Counted from the whole stretch's first letter, positions 38,867 through 51,783 are shown. The stretch: DNA of 63,730 nucleotides, filler included, from Rhabdomonas costata (GCA_019059605.1; 42 parts of 42 records of this genome joined end to end with filler, not necessarily neighbours in it), one strand, 5' to 3'. The notes: generated from the sequence alone by a model not told the origin. Numbers and translations are program-made.

Positions 38867-39522
38867 GTCTGTGTGGGTTGTGGCTGGTGAGGCTTGCCAC
38901 CACTGAACCGGTGGAGTCCAGAATCCGCTTTGCAGTGAGCCGGGATCTCTGTCGTCTTTCTGCCCGGTTACTGTGCTCATTATGTACGATATCGACCTGC
39001 TGTATGTGCGCGCATCCATTTGGTCTGTTTTCTCGAGGTGATATTCTTCTTTAAAGTGTATCTTCCTTCTTCGCTTTGATGTCCCGTAAAAGTTGGCTGT
39101 ATGGCGTTCACAAGCGTGCACAGGTGTACGAGTGTCCCGGTTGCAGCTAGTGTGAATTGGATCAATGGCGGTTTAGTGCGACGCTGAGGTTTCCCAAGAA
39201 CCTCCACACACACCGGCATAGGAGTGACCTGTCCCCGAGGAATTGGGCAGGCGACGGGAAAAAGCTTACTAGAGCCCACTGGAGCCAGTTCTGCGCAGAA
39301 GCAGTGCCTCAGTGCATGTAGTGGGTGGGTGTCGAGTATAAGTGTGGTTTGGGGTGGAGCTTGGTGGCCAGCGAGCACTGCCCCTCCGGCGACAGGGCCT
39401 TCCCGGAGCTGCCCGCCAAACCNNNNNNNNNNNNNNNNNNNNNNNNNNNNNNNNNNNNNNNNNNNNTTAATTAATTAANNNNNNNNNNNNNNNNNNNNNN
39501 NNNNNNNNNNNNNNNNNNNNNN

Positions 39523-39720
39523 TGTTGGGTGTTGGGCACAATCTGCAGCGCTGAAAGGGCTGTGGTCAATGGAGTGCGAATGTCATGACTGAGACTAGAG
39601 AGAGATGAGCAGTCGTCTGCAGTGCCACTAGCCGCTTCATCTGACCCTGGCTCAGGTGGCGCAGGTGCGTCGCACAGGTCGGACGCTCCCGGAGAGTCCA
39701 CAGGTTTTGGTAGCATCCAG
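39523..39720 (-). CDS. Exon with histidine-kinase HisKA H-box
   Basis: CAG acceptor; ..LSSLSHDIRTPLTTALSALQIV (SHDIRTPL). Confidence 0.8.
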
Positions 39721-40155
39721 CTGTTGAGGAAAAATTGGATGTATGCAGCAAAACGCACAATAGCATCTCAAAAGTTGCATACATGTTGCAATGGGGTGAA
39801 GAGCGCGGATTTTAATAGCTGAATTAAAGTCTTGCAGGAGTGTTAAAGAAGGGGCAACAGCATCAATCAAAAGACTGCATCCATCTATCGTCGATAGAGA
39901 TTGGCAGTACATCCCAACAATCAGCCACTTCGGAGTGTTTTCAAAATCTTGGACCTTCAAAAGCAAATTTAACAAAAGTACGGTATGCAAGTATGCATCA
40001 ATGTTTTCAGCCATCTGCGTGGAGCGGGTATCACTATCATTATCGCAGGATAGCAAGTGAAGAAAAATGAGCGAAACTTTGTACCGCAAGACTTTGGCAT
40101 TCATGGTCATTTTCTTCGCATCGCTGCTCCGGAATGGTGCTTACCCAGCAAAGTC

Positions 40156-40914
40156 TTATGAGCAGCAGCCTTCGTCGTCTGCTTTGGGCAAGGTATGGTC
40201 GCTTTTCATCATTGGAAAGTCCGTTGGGGATCTGCTATGATCGGAAACAGGGGAGTTAATCTGCACATGCAAAAGAGGCCTCAGGGGGTTCCGAGAGTGT
40301 GACTCCGACGTTGCGGCGCCCGAGGATGCTTCCTGTGGAATTGCAGGTTCACAGCTGGTGGCACCATCCGAGCGCGGGCGCTCAAGAATACTTCCGGAAG
40401 CAGACTCGAGGCAAAAGTGGGAAGGTGACGAGTGCCCAGACGGTTGGGAAGACAAGTGGAATGCATGGCGAGGGGTAACCGATTCGGGCACCGAAGGAGG
40501 CAATTGACAACAAGACACGGAAGACTCACACTCCGAACACCGGGGGACGCTCCTCCAAGCCGCAGCGGGGTTGACCGCAAGGGGGTTCATAGTGGCGGTC
40601 GGAGAGCAAGCGGGCAAAGGATCCGAGGGAACCTCAGGAAACCCCTCGGAGACGTCGCCGTGATGCAAGGCACCCAAGACGGGACAATCGTCCGCAGAGC
40701 TCGCCCCACTCGGTGGAGCCGCCGAAGAAACACGATTCCCAAGAATAACCTGGGAAGTGTCCAGCAGAACTGAGGCAGAAACAGAGGCCGTCGAATTCTG
40801 AAGGCCTGAGAAAAACAAGGAGCTCGAGGCGAACCGGCTGCCCCGTCCAGCGCCTGGAAGGATCTCTATACACCCACTGTACCCAGCGTCCGGCGGCATC
40901 CCGGGAAACACCAC
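40156..40914 (-). CDS. Long Ser/Pro-rich open frame, possibly an upstream exon of the HisKA gene
   Basis: 252-codon open frame on the same contig and strand; splice boundaries unresolved. Confidence 0.4.
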   Translation of the reverse strand: MVFPGMPPDAGYSGCIEILPGAGRGSRFASSSLFFSGLQNSTASVSASVLLDTSQVILGNRVSSAAPPSGASSADDCPVLGALHHGDVSEGFPEVPSDPLPACSPTATMNPLAVNPAAAWRSVPRCSECESSVSCCQLPPSVPESVTPRHAFHLSSQPSGHSSPSHFCLESASGSILERPRSDGATSCEPAIPQEASSGAATSESHSRNPLRPLLHVQINSPVSDHSRSPTDFPMMKSDHTLPKADDEGCCS

Positions 40915-41636
40915 CCCGCTGCTTATTGTCTTCCCACAAACCNNNNNNNNNNNNNNNNNNNNNNNNNNNNNNNNNNNNNNNNNNNNTTAATTAATTAANN
41001 NNNNNNNNNNNNNNNNNNNNNNNNNNNNNNNNNNNNNNNNNNGGGGGGTTGTTGGTACTAAGAAGCCTAACGCTGATGAGGGGTGTTGATTGATGGCGAT
41101 GCCATCATTCTTGCCCCTTTTGCAGTTGTAACGTCATGTGATGCGGTATTCCGTGTGGGTGTGACTCTACTTTGGAGGATGTTCACTGCGAAGATGCATT
41201 TCTGACATTATGACAAACTAATTGCCTTTTCAATAGACAACGGTAGGACAGCGCAGAAGAGGAACATGGGTTCGCGGTTGCTCGGGACTGGTCGCGCCGT
41301 GATTCTTGCATCGCCTACTTACACATCTCATGCTTGTGTTTTGCCCTACGGGCTCGTGCTGCGTTGCCTTCTGTTGAGTGTAGGTGTTTTCTTTATTAGT
41401 GTAGTATGCAATTGATCGAGCGAGGAAGGGTATGATTTACGAACGCCTGACTCAGCTTATTCCTAGGAAGCGTCCCCCCGCTTGAAAAGACACATTTCTA
41501 CGTACACTTCTGTCAAAGACATCCCCAACGAGCTCCTACTACGCAGCCGTCTTTGTGAAGATGACGTCCGTCATTCCGAAAATACATGCCAGAGAAAACC
41601 TGACTTCACTTCCGCACCCGTCTCTCTTGGGATCAG

Positions 41637-42381
41637 GCCACTTACAGCAACAGCGTTCTCAACGCGGACGGGCTTGTGGTGGGGCCCTACACTTCGGGCT
41701 GCAGCCAGGGCCTGCGGTCGGTGTGGGTGACCTCCATCCCCACGGGAACGTCCACTTCCCAGCTGGTCTCCACCTCCCAGGCCGTGTTCAGCTTCGCACA
41801 GGGCTCCTGCTTCAGCTCCGTCACTCAGCTCCTGATGCCCTTGTTGTTCGGACAGCTCGCACCCTCCGATCCCACCCTGACCACCTTTTCCTCCGGGGTC
41901 GCCGCTGGAATCTCCGCTGCCTTTGCCGTCGCCAACTCGGCCTCCACAGGGCTGCGCGGGCATGTACTCCACGTCGTTCCGTTGAGCAGCTCCAATCCCA
42001 ACGACCCCACTGACCTCACCGCAACTGCTGTGCAGCCCAACAGCCTGTTTGCCTTGGTAGGGGGAACGGACGTGCCCACCACCCTGCCCAACGCCGACCT
42101 CCCTCTGGTCGGGCTCGCCCCCGGTGGGGTTGACCTCAGGCAGCCCTTCTCGGAGAACGTGCTGAACGTTCGGGGTTCGGTGGCGGACCAGGCCTACGCC
42201 CTGGTGCGCTTTGCCTCGCAAAGCTTGGGCGCGACGGGGCTGTACATGTGCAATGAGGCCTCGGCGTTCGGGCGTGCCGCAATGCAGGACGTGCTTATGT
42301 CGATGCAGGCTGAGGAGCTTAAGCTGGCGGGGAACATGACGTTTTCCCCGTTAGGAGATCTCAGCCCTTGCATCGGGGCGG
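41637..42381 (+). CDS. Exon encoding periplasmic-binding-protein (Venus flytrap) ectodomain of receptor-type adenylate cyclase family
   Basis: GPYTSGCSQGLRSVWV..ISAAFAVAN..GLRG..FALVG..PLVGLAPGGVDLRQPFSENVLNVRGSVADQAYALVRF..FG. CAG acceptor, GTATGA donor. Cyclase domain not visible. Confidence 0.7.
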
Positions 42382-43088
42382 GTATGACACTCTCACCTGA
42401 ACGCAATATGCGCGTGTACGGGGCGCATATTGCGTTCAGGTGAGAGTGTCATACCCACCCCCNNNNNNNNNNNNNNNNNNNNNNNNNNNNNNNNNNNNNN
42501 NNNNNNTTAATTAATTAANNNNNNNNNNNNNNNNNNNNNNNNNNNNNNNNNNNNNNNNNNNNACGCCAACAGCACAATGCCAGTGTATCTATGTGCATCG
42601 GCGGGGCGGAGGGTGATTGTTCGTTTTTGTGTAGCACCACCATTGCTGTGCGAGCAGTTACTGGGTTTCGGGATCCTTGAAGAACTCAGCCGCACGGACG
42701 ACAGCTTGAGCCTCAGGGCGCAGCTCGCCTACGTGCGGCTCCAGGCTCGCAGCAAAAAGCTTGCAACGGCGGGCCTACTCTTTGCGGTGGAATGGGTCTG
42801 GGGAGTGCTGGCACGGAAGCACGGGGTTCGGCGAGGTGTTTTTTCAAACGGAAAAAAAATGGGAACAAAAGCGATGTGGAACAATGATATTTGTACAGGG
42901 TGGTTGTGAATTTGATAACCTTGTCAGTGCGGGTTTCTTCCTTTTCATTTCGCCTTTTCCTGCACAATTGTGCGAATCTTGAAGGATGCCTAATTACGAA
43001 CATTCCCAGTTTCTAATGAGATGGGACAGTTTCTTTCCAGGCGAAAAAAAACCCGTCACCAATTTTTACACTTTCTCGATTCTCACAG

Positions 43089-43828
43089 GGGCTGCATTCA
43101 CGCTTGAACCTGGGGAGATGTGTCGGCAAGTCCGGCAGGCAGCTGCGTCGGAGCGGCGGGCCTTGACTGGTCTGGGCTGCTCTACACCGTCGACGACTGT
43201 AAGTTGCTACACCTCTTTCGTGCGATCGAAGTCGGTTGAGCAGAAGAGCGAGATTGCGGTAAGATGCCCTATCCTGAAAGAGAAAGAGTTTCCTGCCTCT
43301 GCATCGGGCTCACTGTCTCCGCGCGAAGAAGAGCCTTGCCTGGAGGATCTGACCACCCGCATGTCGAGAGCCGAAGTCATCTCCCCTGGTTCCTTTGCCT
43401 CACTGAGTGAATGTGCTTCCAGCTGTGCTGTCTCACGGAATTCTCCAATTCCGTGGAAATCCACTGTACTTGACGCTGCTGCGGTGGACTCTCTACTCAG
43501 TAGCAGGAACTCCGCAAGCTCTGAGCCTGACTCTGGATGTGCTGCATCGAGGGTCGTCATCTCCGAGGTTTCAGACCCTCTGGCCTCCCTTGGGAACGAT
43601 TTGGTGAAGCCCTGCTCATTTTCTGGTTCCGACGAGCCGACTTCTCCGTCAAAGTGCATGGGACGTGCTTTCGTGGATGCCGCAAGTCTTCGGCCTTGTG
43701 ATGTAGTGTCACTTTCAGTGACTTCTGCTGAGGATCTGGGCAGTGCCCCTGTCTGTTCAGATGCAGCCATCCACGACGCGCCGCTCCTCACGGACAAGCT
43801 TCCACTGGCTCCTGAAAACGTCAAAGAG
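43089..43828 (+). CDS. Long Ser-rich internal exon, unknown protein
   Basis: CAG acceptor at 43088, GTAGTA donor at 43829, within a 323-codon open frame. Confidence 0.55.
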
Positions 43829-44866
43829 GTAGTATATTTTGCGTCCGTTGGTTATGCTGGATCCGACCACGACTTTTTGTCTTGTGGCCTGAACTCAGGA
43901 CATCTGCCGAGTCTTTTTTTCCTACTGTGTTTCAAACTTGATCCAAGTTTTGGGTAAATCGTAGCTCCGATACCAAAAAACNNNNNNNNNNNNNNNNNNN
44001 NNNNNNNNNNNNNNNNNNNNNNNNNTTAATTAATTAANNNNNNNNNNNNNNNNNNNNNNNNNNNNNNNNNNNNNNNNNNNNGTGGTTGTTTACAAACGAA
44101 CATACATCGTCATTACTGTGATGGGTGTATAGTGGTAATGACGGTGATTATGTGTGGATGCATCTATCTACCTCGTCTGCATGCTGGCTGGCAGCACAAT
44201 GGAAGGAGAGGCGGGTTACCACCAGCCTCTGTACTCTCAGCCACACACATTGCAAGTGCCCGAGATCCCTTTTGGAAATCGGTGAATCATTGGGCACCTC
44301 GGCATACATCCGGATGGGTTAGCTCTCCAGTGCATAACTGGAAGCTCCCATAAACTAGGAAAGACACGTCGTCAGCATCTGAAGTGTGGTAGGGATTTGA
44401 AGTATTCCTCTGGGAAATTCTGCAATGCTCTGTTTTCGGACTGATCAAGAATATCGGCGGTCTCAGCGACGCCGAAGCAGAGGAGTCCGTATCAGGCAGA
44501 ACGAAGAATCCAAAATATCCTTTGTGTGGTGCCCTGTGGAGACCACGTCACAGCAGTGCTCCCGTTGTCAGAGGAAGCTGCTTTGAGAATTTCTGGCAGA
44601 AGCCGAAGATCGAGCCGTCTCTGAGAATAGAGAGCTGGTGATAAGTGCAAGGGGTTATGAGGCTTGGGAAGGCGTCAGAGATACAAAACCAGATGACTAG
44701 CTGAAAGTGGTTGCCCAGCCAAATCGCTGTTAGATGTGTTTAGAATCTCGTGAATTGGCCAGGGAGTGGAGAAAAAGGATTTTTCACCATCGCAATTGCA
44801 ATTGCAATGCACTGCAATACCTTGTGCACGTAGCACGTAGCACGTAGTGTGTACGTTTGTCTGCAG

Positions 44867-45080
44867 GACTTCCGGCACCCCGCGCACAAGGCGACTGCTC
44901 CAGGCGAGAAGATTGTCTATGGTAAGTCCCGCGAGGAGGCCAGCCAGGGGGTCAGCGAGCACATCCGAGCCATTCTTACCGATGTGGAGCGGCTGCAGGC
45001 CGTCGAGACAGAGGCCCAGCAGCTCTACCTCAACCTCCCCGCCATCGTCGCCGGGCTCGCTGCCCGGGGCGCAGCCGCAG
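44867..45080 (+). CDS. Internal or penultimate exon, unknown protein
   Basis: CAG and GT boundaries; DFRHPAHKATAPGEKIVYG..LPAIVAGLAARGAAA. Splices in phase to GKGGGKRPL* near 45434. Confidence 0.6.
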
Positions 45081-45610
45081 GTTTTGTATTTTCTTATTGG
45101 ACGCTCCCGCGCTTTCTTGTTGGTGTGCTTGGGATACCTTGTGAGGTTAGAGCTGTAGCTCGCTGGGTAGATATCAGCTGTCGTCGGCTCACAAGTCGCA
45201 TCATTGCTTGAACCCTCGCCCCCTTTGATGTCCATATGCCTTCCTGTATTCGTGACGTAGCTGTTGCTCATAACAGCTTTGTGTGCGGTCTGCCTCCAAA
45301 ACCGCGGTTTTGGTTGATCAGGAATCCCTCTAAGTGGTGATGTCGAGAAAGTGTATAAAAAAGGAAAGGAAAGCGCTGCCTTCCTTGCTAATAGACTTCT
45401 TGTCCTGGTAATCTTCAATTTTGTTTTTGCACAGGCAAAGGTGGTGGCAAGCGGCCTCTTTGAGCCACTACGTGGGAGTACTACTGTGACGGGAGAACTT
45501 NNNNNNNNNNNNNNNNNNNNNNNNNNNNNNNNNNNNNNNNNNNNTTAATTAATTAANNNNNNNNNNNNNNNNNNNNNNNNNNNNNNNNNNNNNNNNNNNN
45601 GTGGTTGTTT

Positions 45611-45790
45611 AAGGGTTACCAAGCGTTGCACATTGTTTCTAAAATGCAGGCCTACTGTCAACTACTCGCGTTTGTATCTCACCAGGACTTCATGAGGCGT
45701 CATTCGCTGTGCTCTCCGGTGAGATACAAACGCGAGTAGTTGACAGTAGGCCTGCATTTTAGAAACAATGTGCAACGCTTGGTAACCCTT
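45611..45790. repeat. Perfect 73-bp inverted repeat at contig start (probable fold-back)
   Basis: 45611-45683 is the reverse complement of 45718-45790, with a 34-nt loop. Confidence 0.92.
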
Positions 45791-45985
45791 GAACAAGCTG
45801 CAGTTTCCCGAGAGACAACAGCACACGCTGGTCGAATTAGACCAGTCCGAAGATCACCACTAGTAGACCGATAGAATAAAGGGAAAACCGAAGACGACAG
45901 CATAACATTCTGAAAAAAAAATTATGGGAATCAGGTGGGTGGGGGGCGCAGTTAGCTTTATGCTCACGAAACTAAACCACACTAC

Positions 45986-46917
45986 CTGTCCAGGGACAGC
46001 GCCAGCGAGATGTCGTTGCGGGGGTCACTAATCAGTCGCTCCCCGTGCTCCACGGCGAAGGCGCCGATCCGCTCGCAGAAGTATTCCAGCAACTCCTACG
46101 AAAAGAAGAGGCAGGGGATGGCACAAAATTGCAGTGCAGCAATCACGAGAGCGCTGGAACTTGCAGAAGGTTTCCCAACCGCTTCCATTGACTAATCAGA
46201 CTTCCGTGAACACAATCTGAATGGAAAAAAGGTTCGGATTTTCAGAGCAGTAGGATGGTTGAATGCCGACCATTCTGAGCAGCATGGGACTTCAGGCGAA
46301 GTTGGCAGAGGTAGGGCTCACCTTACGGGTGGCAAGCAGCTTCCGAAGGGTGGTTCGGCCCATGCCGACCAGCGTCACAAAGAGGTCCACGATAGGCGAG
46401 CTGGAAGCTCGACCTAAGCCAGCCCATTCCCCAAACTAGAAAAAGTAAAACCGGAGTGTGGCAGTGGAGGTTCTCCTGCTGTTTGTTGCAGAGCCTCTAT
46501 GGATCATCTGTGTGCAGAATGAGCGTCAGGCGGGCTGCTCAAGTCGAAGGAGTGCTACGGCGCACTCGATAATACTTGTTTCCTAATATTTCCGTTTTTG
46601 AAATACAGACGCAATGCGCACACGCATTCGGACGTCACCCGATGTTAAGCAGACTCTCGGCAAACCAGCACACGGTATACCACTCGAGTAGTGAGCAAGG
46701 GCGAGCGAAGTGAGCGTGCGCAGGATGCGGCCTTTTGCTGCTGGATGGAAGCGCAAGCGCGACCAACCAGGGGCGTACCCGGGTAGAGCTGAGACAGCGC
46801 CTCGATGAAGCTGGGGTGAGGCGAGGCCACCACGCTCCCCCCGACAGGCACCAGGAAGTTCTTGTCTGTGCTCTGGACGTAGCAATCCACTCGGCCGTGG
46901 GTCATGGCGGAGTCGAT
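45986..46917 (-). CDS. SEPSECS: O-phosphoseryl-tRNA(Sec) selenium transferase, exons 46917-46779, 46413-46322, 46095-45986
   Basis: Spliced: GRVDCYVQSTDKNFLVPVGG..LSQLYPGRASSSPIVDLFVTLVGMG..LLATRKELLEY..GERLISDPRNDISLA. Includes the PLP-lysine motif QSxDKNF; all introns GT-AG and in phase. Confidence 0.95.
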
Positions 46918-47466
46918 CTGAAGGATCACAGGCAACACAGGGAAAGAACCAGAGAGATCCACAGAGAATCCCTTGCTCGTACAGCATCTCAAAGGCGGAG
47001 AGTTACGAGAAAACCACCCCNNNNNNNNNNNNNNNNNNNNNNNNNNNNNNNNNNNNNNNNNNNNTTAATTAATTAANNNNNNNNNNNNNNNNNNNNNNNN
47101 NNNNNNNNNNNNNNNNNNNNGGTTTGTGTGGCAAAGAGCTTCGCCCAGAAGTATCCCATGTATCCCAACCCGCCAACTTCTGCATTTGTCTGCTTACGAA
47201 CTTACCATTACGCTCTCCCGCCTTCTGTCGCATCCACTCTACTCAACAAAATCCTTATATCCTCTCACAGCATCACAAACCAATTTCTCCACTGCGGATG
47301 TGAAAAAAACGTTGCTTTCAACAGTTCCTTGAGCCTCGTCTACCCAACAAAGGGTGACGACATTGGTCATGCAACGTCCCACTCCTGTAAATCTCTCGTT
47401 TTAGAAAGACGTTTATTTTCTGTTCAGGAACACCCCTCAACATCTGCGTCCTCTCTGAAAAGTCAG

Positions 47467-48284
47467 TTACTTGTGCTCGAAGCGGATTACTCCATCCCAG
47501 TGTGGCCCAGGCATCTCCGTCCGGCAAAGGCCCAGTAGCAGCGCTGTGGGGCCGTCTTCAGGGACGGCCTGGGCGGCCCTCTTGAATGCCCCTTCGGCGG
47601 CACTCAGGTTGCCGGTGACAAAGTGCCGCATCCCCTTTTTGGAGCCGATACCACAGTGTGCAGACGTGTGACGCAATTTCTCGATTTGGTGCAGGACCCT
47701 TCTTGCCGGAGTTTCTATGTCGCCGAACCACGCCTGGGGTCGTGATAGTTATAGTTACCTATCGGATCGTGAAAGTCTTACGGTGGACACACTCCCGCGG
47801 TTAGGCAGCAAATGTGACCACATCTGCGTTTTCCATTTCTTCAAGGCTGCTCAGAGGGAGCCCTAAATTAGGGAGGGGGGCTTCCGGTGAATGCATGAGA
47901 TCGCTTGACTGCACCCACAAGCGTCAAATATTTGATCACGAAAATGGGGCTGATTCCCCATCTCTGGCAGCTCCAGGCAGCAGAAGACTGAGTAGGACAA
48001 AAACAGAAGTAAATCACAGGAGGGTGGCTGAGTCAGCTGCTGGGGCCGAAGGTCATAGGTCGTGGGACCATCAGAGCGGAAGTGGGTGCCACTTTTGGCA
48101 CTTGGCTACCCTTTGTCTTCATGATTGCCAGCCAGAAAAACAAAAACAGCCAAAACAAAGCAGCGTAACAAGAGAAATGCGGAAGCCGCAGATACCTCCT
48201 CATAGTTCTGGGTGAGCTCACTCATCACTGCCTTGGGGACGGTGCGCCAAGCGTTCAGAACAGTGTCGCCGTCGGCTGAGGTTT
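47467..48284 (-). CDS. C-terminus of a class III adenylate/guanylate cyclase with bacterial-type TPR-like tail (exons 48284-48196, 47634-47467)
   Basis: Spliced ..ELTQNYEEGMRHFVTGNLSAAEGAFKRAAQAVPEDGPTALLLGLCRTEMPGPHWDGVIRFEHK*, matching the P.DGP....L.RC...P..WDGV....K terminus. Confidence 0.75.
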
Positions 48285-49497
48285 CTGAAAAGAAAAAAGG
48301 ACAAGGGTGCATTACAACATCCAGTCTGCCGCCCCCTTCAGCAGGCCACCAGCCAGGACCCCCTCTCATGCAAGGGTATGAGCGTTTCGGACGGGCAACA
48401 CACGATTAGAGCTCAGCGTCCAATGTCAACGACATTATGCCAAAACGGAAACCTCCCTTTTACGGAATACGGCAGGTTGCGAAAACCTGTCCGATTGGAG
48501 CAAATGGACTATTCCTGCGCTACATGTTTACCAAAACCCNNNNNNNNNNNNNNNNNNNNNNNNNNNNNNNNNNNNNNNNNNNNTTAATTAATTAANNNNN
48601 NNNNNNNNNNNNNNNNNNNNNNNNNNNNNNNNNNNNNNNGGGGTTTTTTTAAAGATTTTTTTAAAAGGATTTTTCTTAAAGATGAAGATGAAGAAATTTT
48701 TTCTATTGGTCGATGATGAACCATTGTTTTCTTCACACAAACACACGTGCAAATGTTCCAAATGAGCAATGTGGGCGACGATGTTGGAGAAGATAGGGAA
48801 ATGGTGGTGGGAGGCAGAGGCAGGAGGGAGGAACGGATGCATTGCGCATGAGAAAGCTGCGAAGGGGAACCCACAAAAAGCCGGTCGCATTATAGGTGTT
48901 CTCCGAGGAAGGTCAAATTGTGAGAGTGGTTCAAATTACGAAGCTCACGAGGAACGACATTAACATACGTTTTGAGCTTATGGCGTGAATGGCGTTGAAA
49001 GGCTCTATTCTTTGACATCGGCGTTGAAAGGCTCAACCCCCGAACTTCAGTGTAGACTGTTGTCAAGCCGAATTTTATGGTTCCCAACATCTCAGGCCGT
49101 TTCTTGTGTTGTCTGACATGGGTTAAAAAACAATCCGCTCGTGCAGACCCAAGTGCCGTGAGAGAGAGACATGGGGGAAGAGAACTGTTCCTCCTGCTTC
49201 CTGCTCGATGGATCATTTATCTAAGCGATGAATATCTTTTATTCGATTTCCCTACTTTACTGCACCTTTGCTTGTGGTCGGTGTGGCACCAAACCTCGCA
49301 GAGAAAAAGGATGGTGCGACGAACCAAAAATAGTCGAAAAACAAGTCGAAAATCGAAAGACTATTGATCATCTATGCTAACCCTCCATTGTGAAGCTCCC
49401 CATTTTTACAGACAAGTCCTGGTGTCTTGTATTGAGATTTTATCAGGGGTAGCTCTTCTTAAGCTGGTATGTGGGTGGGTGGGATTGCCTTCCTCAG

Positions 49498-49647
49498 GAG
49501 CACCCTCTGCTGCAGCTGGATGTCCGCACGGTGCCGCCGGGTGAGCTGCCGGAGCTGTTCTCGAAGCTCGTCAACCTGGCCACAGCCCTGCTCGAGGAGA
49601 ATAACCTTATCCGCACACTTAACTTCCAGGAGACGGTGAAGCGGCAG
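49498..49647 (+). CDS. Internal exon, unknown protein
   Basis: CAG acceptor, GTGTGC donor, 150 nt, GC3-rich: EHPLLQLDVRTV..LNFQETVKRQ. Confidence 0.6.
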
Positions 49648-50185
49648 GTGTGCTTTCTTGTGGAATGTGGGACCAAGTGCGCAATTGGTGCGAGCCTGGG
49701 AACCTGGCGTGTTCAGCACAGTTCCGGGAAATGAAATGTTTTGACCATCTCCGAGAACATTTAGGATTGAGGGCAGTTTACCAGAAAGTTCCAATGCCAC
49801 TTTGTGTGATCTGTGTTTTTGCGTTGCGGTCCTTGAAAGAGGTTCTATTTCTTGCATGGGATCAGACGAGGGCATCATATCCCCCGCGTTGACAGCAGCG
49901 AAACCACCGCCTCCAAATGTTTATTAGGCTACGAGGGTGAGATGCCGTTAAGTTTTACTGATGCTGCCGTAATCCCTCCGCTGTGTGGGACAAGAAGGAT
50001 GGAATGGGGCCTTTGTATTCAATCCGGCCTCCCGAAACGCTGAGTGGCATTCATTGCTNNNNNNNNNNNNNNNNNNNNNNNNNNNNNNNNNNNNNNNNNN
50101 NNTTAATTAATTAANNNNNNNNNNNNNNNNNNNNNNNNNNNNNNNNNNNNNNNNNNNNGGGGGTGGTGGCGGGATGGCTCTGCAG

Positions 50186-50282
50186 GCCTTCCACGTGGGT
50201 GGTCTGGTTCTGCTGACGATGATCGTCAACGGCACATCGATGTCCAAAGTGGTGCGATGGCTGAAGCTGCAAGAGATCCCAG
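50186..50282 (+). CDS. Exon of a SOS1/SLC9C-like Na+/H+ antiporter (last TM helix)
   Basis: AFHVGGLVLLTMIVNGTSMSKVVRWLKL matches the GGIVFLTLxVNGxT motif. CAG and GT boundaries. Confidence 0.8.
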
Positions 50283-51783
50283 GTACCAGAACGGGCGTGT
50301 TGGTTTTTTGTGATTTTTTTAGCTCTCGCCTGCGGCGCCTTTTTATGTGGCTTGATGTTGGGGTATAGCTATCATTTGTGTGGTGAAGAGGTTGGTGCAG
50401 GGTTATGCCTGCTTTCGTCATTGGCGCTGTGTCTCATTTGCCTAAAGTGCGAAAGTGTCATGATACACAGAGGATAGCAAGGGAGTAGGAGCGTGAGACC
50501 GTAGGGATAATGCAACACCCCTCTGTCGGTCCTTCGCAACACGCGCAGTCCCTCCTTTGTTCGCTACTTCGCTACGCTCACCCATTGTTCTCTCGACCGC
50601 CACAAGGCGGCTACGTTCACCCAACCTCACTTCATCCCTCTGTCGCCCTCGGCGGCCTCCACTACTCTTGTTCTCGCTTGCGCGCGCGTTTGAGTGAAAA
50701 CTCGAGGTTAGCCACCACTCTAAAAAGGGTATACGGAGGGCTTGGGCACCTGAGCATAGCGAAGGTGCCTAAGACCGTAGTAGCATCTTAGAGTAGGGGT
50801 ACCCATCCAGAGGAGCGTAGCGACGATGCATGGGGGTTCACATTTCATAGGAGCATACGGAGTAAACGACCAGCAAGATTACGCACCTGCGAATGGGGGC
50901 CCCAGTCACTGCGTTCCTGGGGGTAGCAGGAATACAAGTGGGTTGTCGGCATTCTTTTACGCCCTCGGCACCCTTTCTCGTGGGTATGTTCGGTGGGTTT
51001 TTTGTTGGTGGATTTCTACCGCTAGCTATTTCTGCGCATTCGGTCTCTTGTGATCTTTGTATCATCTTGGGTGGTTGTAAATTCTCAACATTAGCGGTAT
51101 TTTTACGCATGCGGTGGATTTATCACTCTGTACCCCGATACTCTCACCTTTGTCGTGAAATTCCACCTCAGAGTCAGGTGAGAGGGGTTCAGAATTCATT
51201 TTCTTGGTCTCCAAAATGTCCACTTACCCTGATGTCGGCCTCGGTGGCCTCCACTTCGCATCTGTACGTAGCCCTTGGGACACATCGGGGCATCTACACA
51301 TATCGATCACTTTCCTCACCCTCCCCTGGTATGCATCTTCGTCAGTGACATGGTTTGAGCTACTACTTCGTGTTACCGCCATAACCTTCCAGTGCGTCCA
51401 CCTTCACAGCCATGATCCACACGCTTCACCGTTTACCAGTAACCGCCTTATGTCCAGTAACAACACCCTCAGTCAGAATCCGACACCCAGAATTTACACC
51501 CAACTCCTGAAGCTGATAGCAGATGCTATATGGCTAGCCACTTGACACCACTACCTTATAGTCTTTCGACTGTTCCANNNNNNNNNNNNNNNNNNNNNNN
51601 NNNNNNNNNNNNNNNNNNNNNTTAATTAATTAANNNNNNNNNNNNNNNNNNNNNNNNNNNNNNNNNNNNNNNNNNNNGTTGGGGGGGTGGACGTAACCAG
51701 GGGGCGCTTTAACAACTTTTAAATATATGCTCCCATAGTAAAAATTGTTACCACTGGTACACACAGTGCAGACGGTGTGTCAC

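Noticed and set aside
43207-43824. Long antisense ORFs (also 41571-42221, 36949-37530, 52483-52935)
   Set aside because: Shadows of GC-rich exons on the opposite strand.
45611-45790. Long hairpins (also 7604-7681, 30409-30543, 37740-37895) as MITEs, hairpin telomeres or structured introns
   Set aside because: All four abut a contig end and I noticed none internally, which favours amplification fold-backs. The 3-nt indel in the 37740 pair leaves slight doubt.
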